Assembly: GCA_964369845.1 (NCBI GenBank)
Contig: CAYJFJ010000001.1
Location: 42,044 to 106,043 of the forward strand
Source: an uncultured Muribaculaceae bacterium
GTDB lineage: Bacteria; Bacillota_I; Bacilli_A; RF39; UBA660
Length of the DNA stretch: 64,000 bases
Reading direction: 5' to 3'
The notes under the pieces were generated by a model. That model ran no database searches and was not told the DNA's origin. It worked only from the letters and a program-made list of their open reading frames with translations. This document shows positions 19,177 to 30,592 of the stretch, piece after piece (the stretch's first letter is position 1; every line of letters begins with the position of its first letter). A program made the position numbers and the translations under genes.

Positions 19177-20070
19177 ATGAAAGGTATAGTATTAGCTGGG
19201 GGTAGCGGAACGAGATTATATCCCATAACAGAAGGAGTAAGTAAACAATTATTACCAGTTTATGATAAGCCAATGATATATTATCCTATTTCTACTTTGA
19301 TGTTAGCAGGAATAAAAGATATACTAATTATAACAACACCGGAAGACCAAAATTCATTCGTAAGATTACTTGGAGATGGAAGTAAATATGGTATAAATTT
19401 AAAATACGAAGTGCAACCGGAACCAAAAGGATTGGCTCAAGCATTTACTATTGGAGAAAGTTTCATTGGTAATGACACATGTGCTATGGTACTGGGAGAT
19501 AATTTATTTTACGGAGCAGGATTTTCAGGTATAATGAAAAATGCAGTTTTATCAGCGGAAAATAACAAATCAACAGTATTTGGGTTTGATGTTAAGGATC
19601 CACAAAGATTTGGAATTATGGAAGTTGATGAAAATAAAAATATAATTTCAGTAGAAGAAAAACCCAAAAATCCTAAATCGAATCTTGCAATAGTGGGATT
19701 ATATTTTTATCCAAAAGATGTAGCATATATGGCAAAAAATGTAGAACCTTCAGCAAGAGGAGAGGTGGAAATTACTACTTTAAATGATATGTATCTTCAA
19801 GAGCAAAAGTTAAAAGGAGAAATATTACCAGAAGGATTTTCGTGGTATGATACTGGAACATTTGACAGTCTGATTGAAGCAGGTCAAGCAGTGAAGGCAA
19901 TTCAAGATAATAGAGGTAAGGTAATTTCATGTTTAGAAGAAATAGCTTATAATAATAATTGGCTATCAAAAGAAGATTTAGAAATAAGAGCAGAACTTTT
20001 AAAGAAAAATAGTTATGGTCAATATTTAGAAACAATTACAAATAATAAATATCAAAGAATCAGAAAATAA
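19177..20070 (+). CDS. rfbA: Glucose-1-phosphate thymidylyltransferase
   Basis: Segments [18 protein letters not shown]...[16 protein letters not shown] and VLGDNLFYG. Confidence 0.85.
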   Translation: MKGIVLAGGSGTRLYPITEGVSKQLLPVYDKPMIYYPISTLMLAGIKDILIITTPEDQNSFVRLLGDGSKYGINLKYEVQPEPKGLAQAFTIGESFIGNDTCAMVLGDNLFYGAGFSGIMKNAVLSAENNKSTVFGFDVKDPQRFGIMEVDENKNIISVEEKPKNPKSNLAIVGLYFYPKDVAYMAKNVEPSARGEVEITTLNDMYLQEQKLKGEILPEGFSWYDTGTFDSLIEAGQAVKAIQDNRGKVISCLEEIAYNNNWLSKEDLEIRAELLKKNSYGQYLETITNNKYQRIRK

Positions 20071-20157
20071 TTAATATAAGCACTTTAAAGTGCTTTTTAT
20101 TTGATTAAAGAAAGTGAATTATGATATAATTATTAAGAGAAATAAGGAGATAATGTA

Positions 20158-20895
20158 ATGGTTTCAGATAAAAATGCAATAGAAGTAAAAGATATGACTA
20201 AAGACTTTAAATTGTATTCAGATAAACCTCAAACTTTGAAAGAAAAGATAGTAAGAGGATTTAAAAATAAAACAGAAATAAGAACAGTTTTAAAAAATAT
20301 AAATTTAAATATAAAAAAAGGTGAAACAGTAGCTTTAATTGGAGTAAATGGTAGTGGTAAATCTACACTTTTAAAATTAATGACAAAAATTATTTATCCA
20401 AATAAAGGAACTTTGAAAACTTATGGTAAATTAACAAGTTTACTAGAACTTGGTGCTGGTTTTCATCCAGACTTTACAGGAAGAGAAAATATATATTTTA
20501 ACGCTTCGATTTTTGGTTTAACAAGAAGTGAGATTGAAAGTAGAATAAATGACATTATAGAGTTTAGTGAATTAGGTAATTTTATAGATTCACCGATCAG
20601 AACATATTCATCAGGAATGTATATGAGACTTGCTTTTAGTGTAGCGATAAATGTAGATGCAGAAATACTTTTGATAGATGAAATTTTAGCAGTGGGAGAT
20701 CAACATTTCCAAGATAAATGTTTTCAAAAATTAGAAGATTTATCAAAAAGTGATAAAACTATTGTAATTGTATCTCATAGTTTAGCAGCAATGGAAAAAT
20801 TATGCGATAGAGCAATTTGGATTAACAATGGAGAAGTGGCTCAAGATGGGAATTTCAAAAAAGTTGTTGATGCTTATCTTAAGGAGTGTGCATAA
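20158..20895 (+). CDS. ABC transporter ATP-binding protein of a polysaccharide/teichoic-acid exporter (TagH/Wzt-like, short form)
   Basis: Walker A GVNGSGKSTL, signature SSGMYMRLAF, Walker B LLIDEILAVGD. Confidence 0.8.
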   Translation: MVSDKNAIEVKDMTKDFKLYSDKPQTLKEKIVRGFKNKTEIRTVLKNINLNIKKGETVALIGVNGSGKSTLLKLMTKIIYPNKGTLKTYGKLTSLLELGAGFHPDFTGRENIYFNASIFGLTRSEIESRINDIIEFSELGNFIDSPIRTYSSGMYMRLAFSVAINVDAEILLIDEILAVGDQHFQDKCFQKLEDLSKSDKTIVIVSHSLAAMEKLCDRAIWINNGEVAQDGNFKKVVDAYLKECA

Positions 20896-21668
20896 TGAAA
20901 ATATTTAAAGAATTATTTCAATATAGAGAATTATTTAAAACAAATGTAAAAAAAGAAATTAGAGGAAAATATAAAGGGTCATTTTTAGGTGTATTATGGT
21001 CATTTATTAATCCACTTTTAATGGTTCTAGTTTACGCAATAGTATTTCCGTATATCATGAGAATAGAAACAGAAAATTATTTAATATTCTTAATATGTGG
21101 GGTAATACCGTGGAGTTTTTTTACACTTAGTTTATCACAAGGAACAACAACCATTACTAATAATGGGAATTTAATTAAGAAAGTTTATTTTCCAAGAGAA
21201 ATATTACCAATTTCAGTAGTGAGTAGTACTGTTATTAATTTTTTGATATCGTGTATAATAATTTTATTGTTTGTTATATTTGGTGGTATTGGACTTTCAT
21301 GGCATTTAGCCTTCTTACCACTTATAGTAATAGTTCAATACATTCTTACATTGGGAATTGTATTTGTACTAAGTGCTATTAACGTTTATGTAAAAGATGT
21401 AGAATATATAGTAATGTTTATAATAAACTTAATGTTCTATGCAACTCCTGTGTTGTATACTACAGATACATTTAGTGGACCGATACTTTGGATATTTAAG
21501 CTTAATCCAATGGCACATTTAATAAATGCATATAGAGATATATTTTATTTACATCAAGTGCCGGAGTTATTAAATTTAGGAATTTTATTCATAATATCAA
21601 TAGTAATTTTATTGATAGGTTATAATATATTCAAAAAATTAGAAAAAAGATTTGCAGAAGAAATTTAG
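20886..21668 (+). CDS. ABC-2 type permease (TagG/Wzm-like)
   Basis: Six TM helices. Translationally coupled, overlapping the upstream ATPase gene. Confidence 0.75.
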   Translation: MCIMKIFKELFQYRELFKTNVKKEIRGKYKGSFLGVLWSFINPLLMVLVYAIVFPYIMRIETENYLIFLICGVIPWSFFTLSLSQGTTTITNNGNLIKKVYFPREILPISVVSSTVINFLISCIIILLFVIFGGIGLSWHLAFLPLIVIVQYILTLGIVFVLSAINVYVKDVEYIVMFIINLMFYATPVLYTTDTFSGPILWIFKLNPMAHLINAYRDIFYLHQVPELLNLGILFIISIVILLIGYNIFKKLEKRFAEEI

Positions 21669-21676
21669 GAGGAAAC

Positions 21677-23677
21677 ATGAAAAAATGCGATATAATAATA
21701 CCAGTATATAATGCACCACAGTGGGTAAAACTATGTGTATTTGCTTTATTTGAAAACACTAATAACGATCTAATTAATAAAGTTATTATGGTTGATGATT
21801 GTTCAAATAACAAAACAAAAAGTTTATTACAAAATTTAAAAAATAAATATTCTAAGATAGAAGTTATTACAAATGAAAAAAATTTAGGATTTGTAAAAAA
21901 TTGTAATTTAGCTTTTAAAAAAAGTAAAGCTGATTACGCCTTACTTTTAAATACTGATTGTTTAGTTTCAAAAGGAACAATAGAAAAATTAATTGGTCAT
22001 TGTGAGGAAAATAAAGAAATTGGATTAATTTGCCCAATATCTTCAAACGCTGCGAATTTAACGTTAGATATTTTTCCAGGCTTTAATTATTCACAAATGA
22101 ATGAGTTACTTGAAAGAAAATTCAAAGGTAAAACTTTTGATGCATGTACAGTAGTAGGTAATTGTTTGTTAATAACAAAAAAATGTTTAGAAGAAGTAGG
22201 ATATCTTGATGAAATATACGGAACTGGATATGGAGAAGAGACAGATTATCAATTTAAAGCTATGAGTAAAGGTTTTGAAGCGAAGGTAGCAGTTGATACA
22301 TACGTATTCCATAAATCAGAAGTATCATTTGGTACAAGTAAAGAAAAGCAAGAAAAATTAAATAAAAATAGAGAAATATTCTTTTCTAGATATGGTGAAG
22401 AATATAATCAATTAAGTAAAATTTATGAAAAAAATGATCCAATAAAATTCATACTAGAAAATATTACTGAAGAAGATAGAAAACCAAATGTCGAAACAGC
22501 ATTTTACCTTACTGATTTAGTTCAAAATGCTGGTGGAGTACATATAATAGTAGATTTAATAAATTATTTAGCAATTAAAAATGTGTCAGCCAATATTATA
22601 TGTAATAATGTAACTAATTATAAAGAAATAATGTTGTTTTCTCCTTTAGATATAAAAAAATACAAAGACTATGACATGGGGAAAATAGTAGCAACTATTT
22701 TTGCCTCAGTATTCTTAGCTAAAAAGATATCTAAAGAAAAAAATATACCTCTATTATATTTTGTACAAGGTTATGAAACATTATTCGAAAATGGATATGT
22801 ATATGGTAATGTAGAATTAACATATAAAGTAGCCGACAATATTTTAACAATATCCGATTATTTGAAAAATGAAATGAAAGAAAATTTCATGGTAGAATCC
22901 GAAGTAATAAGTAATGGTATAAACTATGATTTATTATACGAAAAAAGAAGTAATAAAAAAGTTAATAAGATAGCGTTAATTTTAAGAAACAATGTTATGA
23001 AAGGTGACTGGATATTGCTTGATGTAATAAAAAAACTTACTAATCAAATAAAAAATGTTGAAATTAACATAATATATATGAGTGAATTCATTGAATTCCC
23101 GTATAATTTAAACGAATCAATCAAAGTTAATTTACACAAAGGACCTCTTACACGAGAAGAAATTTCAAATATATTAAGTGAAAGTGATATTTTCTTAGAT
23201 GCGAGTTTAAATGAAGGATTTGGTTTACTTCCATTAGAAGCAATGGCATCAGGATGTGTTCCTATTATATCTAATTCATTCGGAATAAATGAATATTTAA
23301 AAGATGGTGAGAATGGATTTATTATTAATGAAGTAAATCAACCAAATAAGTATGTAGAAAAGGTTAAATATTTAATCGATAATTCTTCAGAGTTTAAAAC
23401 AATAAGGGATAAATCACAAGAGACTGCAAAAGAGTTTGATTATGATACAAGAGTGTCAAAATATGCAAAGTATTTTTCTGGAAAATTTAAAATGAACAGT
23501 AAAGATATAAAATTAACAAAAGAAGAAAAAAGTAAAATAGAATATAAAGAAAAAGAAGAAATTTTAGTAAATAATACAAATAGAAAAATTAAATTTATTG
23601 CTAAATTAATACCTAATAGATTTAAAAATTTATTAAAGAGAGTTATAACAAAATTATATAATATGTATAGTCATTAA
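21677..23677 (+). CDS. Bifunctional glycosyltransferase (GT2 N-terminal domain plus GT1/GT4 C-terminal domain)
   Basis: N-terminal CDIIIPVYNAPQW...VDDCSNN (GT2 DxD context). C-terminal EGFGLLPLEAMASGCVPI (GT4 E-x7-E region). Confidence 0.7.
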   Translation: MKKCDIIIPVYNAPQWVKLCVFALFENTNNDLINKVIMVDDCSNNKTKSLLQNLKNKYSKIEVITNEKNLGFVKNCNLAFKKSKADYALLLNTDCLVSKGTIEKLIGHCEENKEIGLICPISSNAANLTLDIFPGFNYSQMNELLERKFKGKTFDACTVVGNCLLITKKCLEEVGYLDEIYGTGYGEETDYQFKAMSKGFEAKVAVDTYVFHKSEVSFGTSKEKQEKLNKNREIFFSRYGEEYNQLSKIYEKNDPIKFILENITEEDRKPNVETAFYLTDLVQNAGGVHIIVDLINYLAIKNVSANIICNNVTNYKEIMLFSPLDIKKYKDYDMGKIVATIFASVFLAKKISKEKNIPLLYFVQGYETLFENGYVYGNVELTYKVADNILTISDYLKNEMKENFMVESEVISNGINYDLLYEKRSNKKVNKIALILRNNVMKGDWILLDVIKKLTNQIKNVEINIIYMSEFIEFPYNLNESIKVNLHKGPLTREEISNILSESDIFLDASLNEGFGLLPLEAMASGCVPIISNSFGINEYLKDGENGFIINEVNQPNKYVEKVKYLIDNSSEFKTIRDKSQETAKEFDYDTRVSKYAKYFSGKFKMNSKDIKLTKEEKSKIEYKEKEEILVNNTNRKIKFIAKLIPNRFKNLLKRVITKLYNMYSH

Positions 23678-23696
23678 GGGGAGTTAGAGAGGAAAT

Positions 23697-25697
23697 ATGA
23701 AAAGTAGTTATCAAGAATTAATAAAAATAACAAATAAAATAGTTAATAGTAAAAAAATGCAAAATATTTTACTTGTTGATTTTGAAAATTCAAAAGAAAT
23801 AAAAAAAGAATTAGAAGGCAAAAATATAGAAGAAATTACGACTTTAGAAATTGTAAAAAACAAAAAAAGTTCTAAAGTAGATCTAATTATAATCAATGAT
23901 GAAAATGGTGATTATTTATTAGATTCAAAAGAAATATACGATGAATTAAACAAAGTTACTGAAAACATTTTAATAATTAAAAGTGATAAACAAATTAAGG
24001 AATCTGAAGTATATAATTTAAGTGAAATACTAAAATATTTAGGAAAGTTAAAATTTTTCATTAATCATAAATATGCCGAAGGAGATTCAAATAAAAGAAT
24101 AATGTACTTTTCAAAAAGTACATCTATAGAAAATGCGATTATAGAAAATGAAATCAATCTTTTTACTAAAGAAGTAAAAGATAATAATTTAGTTAATAGT
24201 AATTCAACAGATTTAGAATTAGCTAAAGTGAAGATAATCAAACAAGAAAAAATGCTAGAAAGTAAAGAAAATGAAGCAATAGATAAGAGTAATGTAATAA
24301 AACTTTTAGAAAATACACTTCATAATGAAAGATACAATGCTAATTTGTTACAAGTGAATTTAAATAATATAATAAATTCAGCATCATGGAAGATAACTAG
24401 ACCTTTAAGGGTATCATCAAGAATTGTTAGAAAATTTTTCGGAATGAACACATATAAGAAAAAATTTATTAAGTATGATGGCCATGTTAGTAACGAAGTG
24501 AGTATTAATAATTTAAACAAAGAGAAAACAGTAGATAGCTTAATAGAAGAAATGATAGGTCATCCAACAGACCTTATTAAAAGTTTGTTTTTGCCTAATC
24601 TAAAAGAAAAAAGATTGAATATAGTAATAGATTCTTTAAATAAAAACAGTCTTTTGGGAGGAGTAGCAACTGCACTTGTTGTGGCTACTGAATTTGCAAA
24701 AAAAGAAAATATAACTTTAAGAATTATTACAAGAAATGAAAACATTAATCCAATGGACTATGTAAATATAATGAGTATATTAGATGTTAAAACGCCTAAT
24801 AAAGTTGAATATTTTTCAGATTACAACAGAAAAAATGAAGAAAATACAAAAAAACTAGAAATAGGAAACAATGATATTTTTATGGCGACTAGTTGGTGGA
24901 GTGCAAAAGCAATTAAAAAAACATCAATAAGAAAAAAATTCTACTATATAATACAAGAAATAGAAACATATTTTTATCCACATGGAGATAATCATTTAGA
25001 AGTGAAAAAAATAATGAATGATACAGATATTGATTTTATAGTTAATAGTAAATATTTATGGGATTACTTTTGTGCAAATGAGCCAAATATCACAAATAAC
25101 GGAGTTTACTTTAATCCTGTATTCAGTAAAAAACTGTACTCTCCTGCGAGGATGGTTGAAAAAGGTAAAAAAACTTTATTCTTTTATGCAAGAATTCAAA
25201 ATCCAAGAAACTTATTCTTAACAGGTATTAAACTTTTAGATGAAGGAATAAAAAGAGGTATTATAAATACAAAAGAATGGGATATCTGTTTTGCTGGTCA
25301 AGATACACCAAGTTTTACTTTTTGTGATGGTTCAAGTCCAAAACAACTGGGGCTTATGGATTGGAAAGCGTATGGTGAATTTTTGAAAACAGTGGATGTA
25401 GCCTTAAGTTTAATGTACACTCCACATCCGAGTTACCCTCCGTTTGACGTAGCTGCTAGCGGTGGTGTTGTATTATCAAACAAATGTGCTAATAAGCAGA
25501 AATTTATCGAAAGTGATAATGTTATACTTAGTGAACTTGATATAGAATCTTTAGTGGAAAATCTTGAAAAAGCAATGAAATTAGCATTAAATGATAAAGA
25601 AAGACAAATTAATTTTGAAAATAACAAAATTTGTACAAATTGGGATGAAAGTTTAAAGGATACTTTGAACTTTATGGAGAATAAGTACAATGTATAA
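23697..25697 (+). CDS. Large polysaccharide-biosynthesis protein (666 aa): coiled-coil N-terminal half containing an SWKITRPLR motif, plus a C-terminal putative glycosyltransferase-like domain
   Basis: Shares the motif NSxSWKIT[RK]PLR with the 26890..27939 protein. The C-terminal domain is unassigned. Confidence 0.45.
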   Translation: MKSSYQELIKITNKIVNSKKMQNILLVDFENSKEIKKELEGKNIEEITTLEIVKNKKSSKVDLIIINDENGDYLLDSKEIYDELNKVTENILIIKSDKQIKESEVYNLSEILKYLGKLKFFINHKYAEGDSNKRIMYFSKSTSIENAIIENEINLFTKEVKDNNLVNSNSTDLELAKVKIIKQEKMLESKENEAIDKSNVIKLLENTLHNERYNANLLQVNLNNIINSASWKITRPLRVSSRIVRKFFGMNTYKKKFIKYDGHVSNEVSINNLNKEKTVDSLIEEMIGHPTDLIKSLFLPNLKEKRLNIVIDSLNKNSLLGGVATALVVATEFAKKENITLRIITRNENINPMDYVNIMSILDVKTPNKVEYFSDYNRKNEENTKKLEIGNNDIFMATSWWSAKAIKKTSIRKKFYYIIQEIETYFYPHGDNHLEVKKIMNDTDIDFIVNSKYLWDYFCANEPNITNNGVYFNPVFSKKLYSPARMVEKGKKTLFFYARIQNPRNLFLTGIKLLDEGIKRGIINTKEWDICFAGQDTPSFTFCDGSSPKQLGLMDWKAYGEFLKTVDVALSLMYTPHPSYPPFDVAASGGVVLSNKCANKQKFIESDNVILSELDIESLVENLEKAMKLALNDKERQINFENNKICTNWDESLKDTLNFMENKYNV

Positions 25698-26871
25698 AAT
25701 AAATATTGATAAAGATTATAACTCTGAACCTTGGAATGTTGATGCTATAAAAAGATTTAGTTCGGTATTAAATGAATTGAAATGGGGTAAAAAGATATCA
25801 ATAACATTATACGATGAACCTGATACATCTACATTTAGATATCGAGGATATAATATAATGCAATATAGTAAGTTAAGTGAAAAATGGCATTCTGATTATT
25901 TTTTTGCAAGTGAACTAGAATACGTTTATGATTTATTAGATAAAATTTCAAATATCAAAATCACAAGAATGAAATGGACAAATCAGTTAAATAATTTAAT
26001 AGCAGTAGCAAAATCTAAAGGTGTAAAAATTTTGTTTGATGTTGATGATAGAGTTTTTGATGTGGAATATCTTCCTATTTTAGCGAATTCACTTTCGTTA
26101 AATTTTGAAAATGAATCTACAAGAGATATATGGTTTGCAAACGTGGCTAGAATAGGATTAAGTGCATCCCTAGCGGATGGATTTATTACAACAAATGATT
26201 TTTTAGGGAGAGCACTTGAGCAAAAGTATAATAAACCATATAAATGTATAATTAACTCTTTAAATAAAGAACAAATCGAAATATCTGAAAAATTATGTCA
26301 GATTAAGAAGTTATCGGAAAAAAATGGAAAATTCACAATTGGATATTTCAGTGGATCACCATCCCATAAACAAGATTTTTTAGTTGTGCATAAAGAAATT
26401 GAAAAAATATTAGAAAAGTATACACAAATAGAATTAGTAGTAGTGGGTTTTATGGAGTTTCCACCATATTTTCAAAAATACTTAGATAATGGACAAATTA
26501 GATTTATACCATTAGTAGATTTTATTGAACTACAAAAATTAGTGGCAGAAGTAGATTTGAATATCGTGCCATTAGAAGTTAATGACTTTACTAATTGCAA
26601 ATCAGAATTAAAATTCTTTGAAGCAGCTATAGTAGATACTGTTACAATAGCTGCTCCTATTTTTACTTATTCAAATATAATTAGAAATGAAGAAAATGGT
26701 TTTATATGTAACCCAGGGGAATGGTTTGAAACAATAGAAAATATATTCTTAAACAAATACGATTTAAAAAGTATAATTTTAGAAGCAAAAAAGGATTCCA
26801 TAACTAAATATAGTGGAATTAATTTTATAAATCAAATAGAAGAAGCATACAATTTCTTTGATGAGTTATAA
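25690..26871 (+). CDS. Putative glycosyl- or glycerophosphotransferase (393 aa)
   Basis: Overlapping start. Lies in the glycopolymer operon. No decisive motif. Confidence 0.4.
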   Translation: MYKINIDKDYNSEPWNVDAIKRFSSVLNELKWGKKISITLYDEPDTSTFRYRGYNIMQYSKLSEKWHSDYFFASELEYVYDLLDKISNIKITRMKWTNQLNNLIAVAKSKGVKILFDVDDRVFDVEYLPILANSLSLNFENESTRDIWFANVARIGLSASLADGFITTNDFLGRALEQKYNKPYKCIINSLNKEQIEISEKLCQIKKLSEKNGKFTIGYFSGSPSHKQDFLVVHKEIEKILEKYTQIELVVVGFMEFPPYFQKYLDNGQIRFIPLVDFIELQKLVAEVDLNIVPLEVNDFTNCKSELKFFEAAIVDTVTIAAPIFTYSNIIRNEENGFICNPGEWFETIENIFLNKYDLKSIILEAKKDSITKYSGINFINQIEEAYNFFDEL

Positions 26872-26889
26872 AATCATATAGGAGAAAAA

Positions 26890-27939
26890 ATGGCTATAGC
26901 TAATGACCTTAATAACAAATTAAGTTTAATAAATAAAGAAAATGCATATTGTGTTGGAGAAAATACAATAGATTTAAATGTGAAAAACAATTCACATACA
27001 ATGATAGTAGAAAATATAAAAAAAGGTTCAGTAGTGCTTGATGTAGGATGTGCTGCAGGCATATTAGGTAAATATCTAGGTAAAGAACATGAATGTACCA
27101 TTGATGGAATAGACTTCGATAATAAAGCACTAGAGGTAGCAAAAAATGGTGGAGGTTATGATAACCTCTACAATAAAAACATAGAAAATGAAGAAGATTT
27201 TAAGTATTTAAAAAGCAAAAAAAGAATTTACGATTATATAATCTTTGCAGATGTATTAGAGCATACAATCAACCCAATAAACTTAATATATAAATTCGGA
27301 GAATTTCTAAGGATGGATGGCGAAATATTAGTTAGTTTACCAAATTTTGCGCATTACGATGTTTTGTTAAATTTATTAAATGGAACATTTAATTATTCAG
27401 AAAATGGAATTTTAGATAATACACATTTAAGATTTTTCACCAATGATTCATTTATAGATTATATAAAAAATTCTAAAAGAAAAGAAAATTTTGTATTTGA
27501 AATAAAAAATATTGGTAAAAATTATTTAAGCAATACTGAACTAGATGATAAATATCCAGAACTAATAAAATATCTGTCAGATAATAAAGATTATAATGCA
27601 TTTCAAAATCTTTTTGTTTTAACCAAAGTTAATAAAACAAAAAAAGTTATAGAAAAAAAAGAAAGAAAAAAAGATTATGTGTTAAAGTTAAATGAAGTCA
27701 TTAAAAATTATGAAAGAATCTTAACAGACTTAGAAGCCGAAAAATCTGAAAATATTCTTTTAAAAGAAAATATAGATGTTTTAAATGATAAATTAAAACA
27801 ATCGGAAAAATCATTTGAAAAGTTACAAAAGTTGAATGAAAAAATAGAAGAAGATATTACTAAAATATATAATTCGAAAAGCTGGAAAATTACCAAACCG
27901 TTAAGAAAATTTATAGATATTTTTAGAAAAACAAAATAA
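26890..27939 (+). CDS. Class I SAM-dependent methyltransferase with a C-terminal coiled coil ending in SWKITKPLR
   Basis: Motif I VLDVGCAAGILG. C-terminal coiled coil, then NSKSWKITKPLRKF. Confidence 0.65.
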   Translation: MAIANDLNNKLSLINKENAYCVGENTIDLNVKNNSHTMIVENIKKGSVVLDVGCAAGILGKYLGKEHECTIDGIDFDNKALEVAKNGGGYDNLYNKNIENEEDFKYLKSKKRIYDYIIFADVLEHTINPINLIYKFGEFLRMDGEILVSLPNFAHYDVLLNLLNGTFNYSENGILDNTHLRFFTNDSFIDYIKNSKRKENFVFEIKNIGKNYLSNTELDDKYPELIKYLSDNKDYNAFQNLFVLTKVNKTKKVIEKKERKKDYVLKLNEVIKNYERILTDLEAEKSENILLKENIDVLNDKLKQSEKSFEKLQKLNEKIEEDITKIYNSKSWKITKPLRKFIDIFRKTK

Positions 27940-28024
27940 GCAAATTCAGTTAATCTGAATTTTTTTGTTGAAATAACTTGAAATGTAAAAGAATATATAG
28001 TAATCTTAAAAAAAGGAGTATATT

Positions 28025-29410
28025 ATGTTATTTTCGACAACAATATTTATTTATATATTTTTACCAATAGTATTAATAGGATACTATTTAATAAATCCTA
28101 AGTTTAGAAATTTATTTTTATTGATTTCATCATTAGTATTTTATGCATATGGGGAACCTAAATTTGTGTTTATAATGATAACATCTATTTTAATAAACTA
28201 CATTATGGGATTAATTATAAACTATTTTTCCAATAGTAAAAATTATATAAGAAGAATAGTATTATTCATTTCATTAGCACTTAATATAGGTTTATTAGTT
28301 TATTATAAATATATAGATTTCATAATAGTTAATTTTAATGAATTATTTAATAGTAATTTTAATTTGTTAAATATTATTTTGCCCATAGGAATTTCTTTTT
28401 TTACATTCCAAGGAATGTCTTATTTAATAGATTTGCACTGGAAAAAATATGATGTTCAAAAAAACATTGTAAATTTAGCTTTATATATAGCTTTATTTCC
28501 TCAATTAATTGCAGGACCTATAGTAAGATATAAAGATGTAAATGAACAAATAGTAAAAAGAAAGCATACAATAGATAAATTTTCTGTAGGTATTAAAAGA
28601 TTTATTATAGGTTTAAGTAAAAAAATAATAATAGCTAACACTTTTGCTATTATTGCAGATAATGTATTTAATAATCCAGTAAATGAAACATCACTTGCGT
28701 GGATCGGTATATTAGCATACGCTATTCAAATATATTTTGACTTTTCAGGGTATTCAGACATGGCAATTGGACTAGGGAAAATGTTTGGTTTTGACTTTTT
28801 AGAAAATTTTAATTACCCTTATATCTCAACATCTATCACAAACTTTTGGAGAAGGTGGCATATTTCATTATCTTCTTGGTTTAAAGACTACATTTACATA
28901 CCACTTGGAGGTAGTAAAAAAGGCAATGTGTATTTTAATTTGAGCATAGTTTTTTTAGTTACAGGACTGTGGCACGGAGCTTCTTGGACATTTATTTTAT
29001 GGGGTATATGGCACGGAATGTTTATAATAATAGAAAGATTATTGAAAAAATTCAAGTTTAAAATTTTTACACCTATAAAATTATTTTATACTTTAATTAT
29101 AGTATTAATAGGATGGGTATTATTTAGATCTAGCTCGCTAGAGTACGCAGTGAACTATATAAAATTAATGTTTGATATAAGTAGTTTTTCTCCGGATACA
29201 AATACATTATTAATTATGAAAGAAAACATTACTATATTTATAATAGCAATATTAAGTGCTACTCCTATAATTAAAAAAATATCAGATAAATTTAGTGGAA
29301 AAGACATTTTATATGGAATTGAGACGTTTATATATATAATTTTGTTTATAATAAATATAACATTTATAGTAACAAGTCAGTATAATCCATTTATATATTT
29401 CAATTTTTAG
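28025..29410 (+). CDS. MBOAT-family membrane-bound O-acyltransferase (AlgI/DltB-like)
   Basis: Polytopic membrane protein. Conserved His region FLVTGLWHGASWTFILWG and motif FWRRWHISLSSWFKDYIYIPLGG. Confidence 0.8.
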   Translation: MLFSTTIFIYIFLPIVLIGYYLINPKFRNLFLLISSLVFYAYGEPKFVFIMITSILINYIMGLIINYFSNSKNYIRRIVLFISLALNIGLLVYYKYIDFIIVNFNELFNSNFNLLNIILPIGISFFTFQGMSYLIDLHWKKYDVQKNIVNLALYIALFPQLIAGPIVRYKDVNEQIVKRKHTIDKFSVGIKRFIIGLSKKIIIANTFAIIADNVFNNPVNETSLAWIGILAYAIQIYFDFSGYSDMAIGLGKMFGFDFLENFNYPYISTSITNFWRRWHISLSSWFKDYIYIPLGGSKKGNVYFNLSIVFLVTGLWHGASWTFILWGIWHGMFIIIERLLKKFKFKIFTPIKLFYTLIIVLIGWVLFRSSSLEYAVNYIKLMFDISSFSPDTNTLLIMKENITIFIIAILSATPIIKKISDKFSGKDILYGIETFIYIILFIINITFIVTSQYNPFIYFNF

Positions 29411-29422
29411 AAAGGAAAACTT

Positions 29423-30520
29423 ATGATAAAAAGAATATGTAATATTTTTCTAATTTTTTCATTTTTTATGATTATGATAGTACCAATGGTTTATGTAAAC
29501 AGAGTAAATGGTGAAGTATTAGAATACGAACAAAGAGTATCAACAGATTTTCCTGTTATTTTTAATGAAGCAGGAGAATTCGTATTTGAATTTCATGATT
29601 TAGAACTGTGGCTTAATGATAATTTAGGTTTTAGAAATGAGTTTGTAAAAATGAATTCATTTCTTCAAACAGAAATTCTGAAAAAGTCTCCGGTAGATTT
29701 AGTATATATAGGGCTTGATGGTTGGTTATTTTACACAGGAGATAATAATCTATTATTAAACGATCCCAAAAATAATATAACTGAAGAAGAACTAAATGTT
29801 ATAGAAAAAAATCAACTTGAATTAATAAAATATTTTGAGTCTAAAGATATTGAATATTATTTATTAGTTCCACCTAGTAAAGTATCTGTTTATCCCGAAT
29901 ACATTTTTCCAAATGAAAAAATAAAGAAAACAAACACAGATATAATTTATAATTACTTAAACGAAGCTGATATAAAAAATATGATTGATTTAAAATCTTC
30001 GTTAATAGATGAAAAAAACAACGAACAATTATATTTCAAAACAGATACACACTGGACATATTATGCTTCATATATAGCGTATACTGATATACATGATCGA
30101 TTTGTGGAAGATAAAATTATAGATTCTGATGTTAAACAAATCGAACTTTATTCGGATACTTACCTAGGTGATATGAATTATATGTTAAGTAAAAATGAAA
30201 CAAAAGATTTAGAAGAATTTAATAATGTAAAAATATTAAATTCAAAGGCAGACGTAAATGAAGAATATGAAAAAAAATATGAATTAGATATACAATATTT
30301 AAATAATGATAAAAAGTTAGATAACATATTATTATATGGTGATAGTTTTATATACTCCTCTAAATTAGGAACCTTACTAGCGGAACATTTTTATGAAACA
30401 ACGATATTAACTGAATACATAATAACCGATGAAGTTATAAATGAATATGACCCTGATGTTGTAATAATAGAAACTACAGAAAGACTATACGGAAGGCTAC
30501 TTAATATCATGCCACAATAG
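29423..30520 (+). CDS. DHHW/AlgJ-AlgX-like extracytoplasmic O-acetyltransferase partner of the MBOAT protein
   Basis: Signal anchor. Motif FKTDTHWTYYASY (DTHW). Confidence 0.6.
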   Translation: MIKRICNIFLIFSFFMIMIVPMVYVNRVNGEVLEYEQRVSTDFPVIFNEAGEFVFEFHDLELWLNDNLGFRNEFVKMNSFLQTEILKKSPVDLVYIGLDGWLFYTGDNNLLLNDPKNNITEEELNVIEKNQLELIKYFESKDIEYYLLVPPSKVSVYPEYIFPNEKIKKTNTDIIYNYLNEADIKNMIDLKSSLIDEKNNEQLYFKTDTHWTYYASYIAYTDIHDRFVEDKIIDSDVKQIELYSDTYLGDMNYMLSKNETKDLEEFNNVKILNSKADVNEEYEKKYELDIQYLNNDKKLDNILLYGDSFIYSSKLGTLLAEHFYETTILTEYIITDEVINEYDPDVVIIETTERLYGRLLNIMPQ

Positions 30521-30543
30521 AAAAATATGCTTCTCTATTTTTA

Positions 30544-30571
30544 TTGACAATAAATAAAATGGTAGTATAAT
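30544..30571 (+). promoter_or_regulatory. Consensus sigma-A promoter dedicated to the UDG-like gene
   Basis: TTGACA (30544-30549), a 16-nt spacer, then TATAAT (30566-30571). Confidence 0.5.
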
Positions 30572-30592
30572 ATCCTTGAAAAAGGAGAAAAT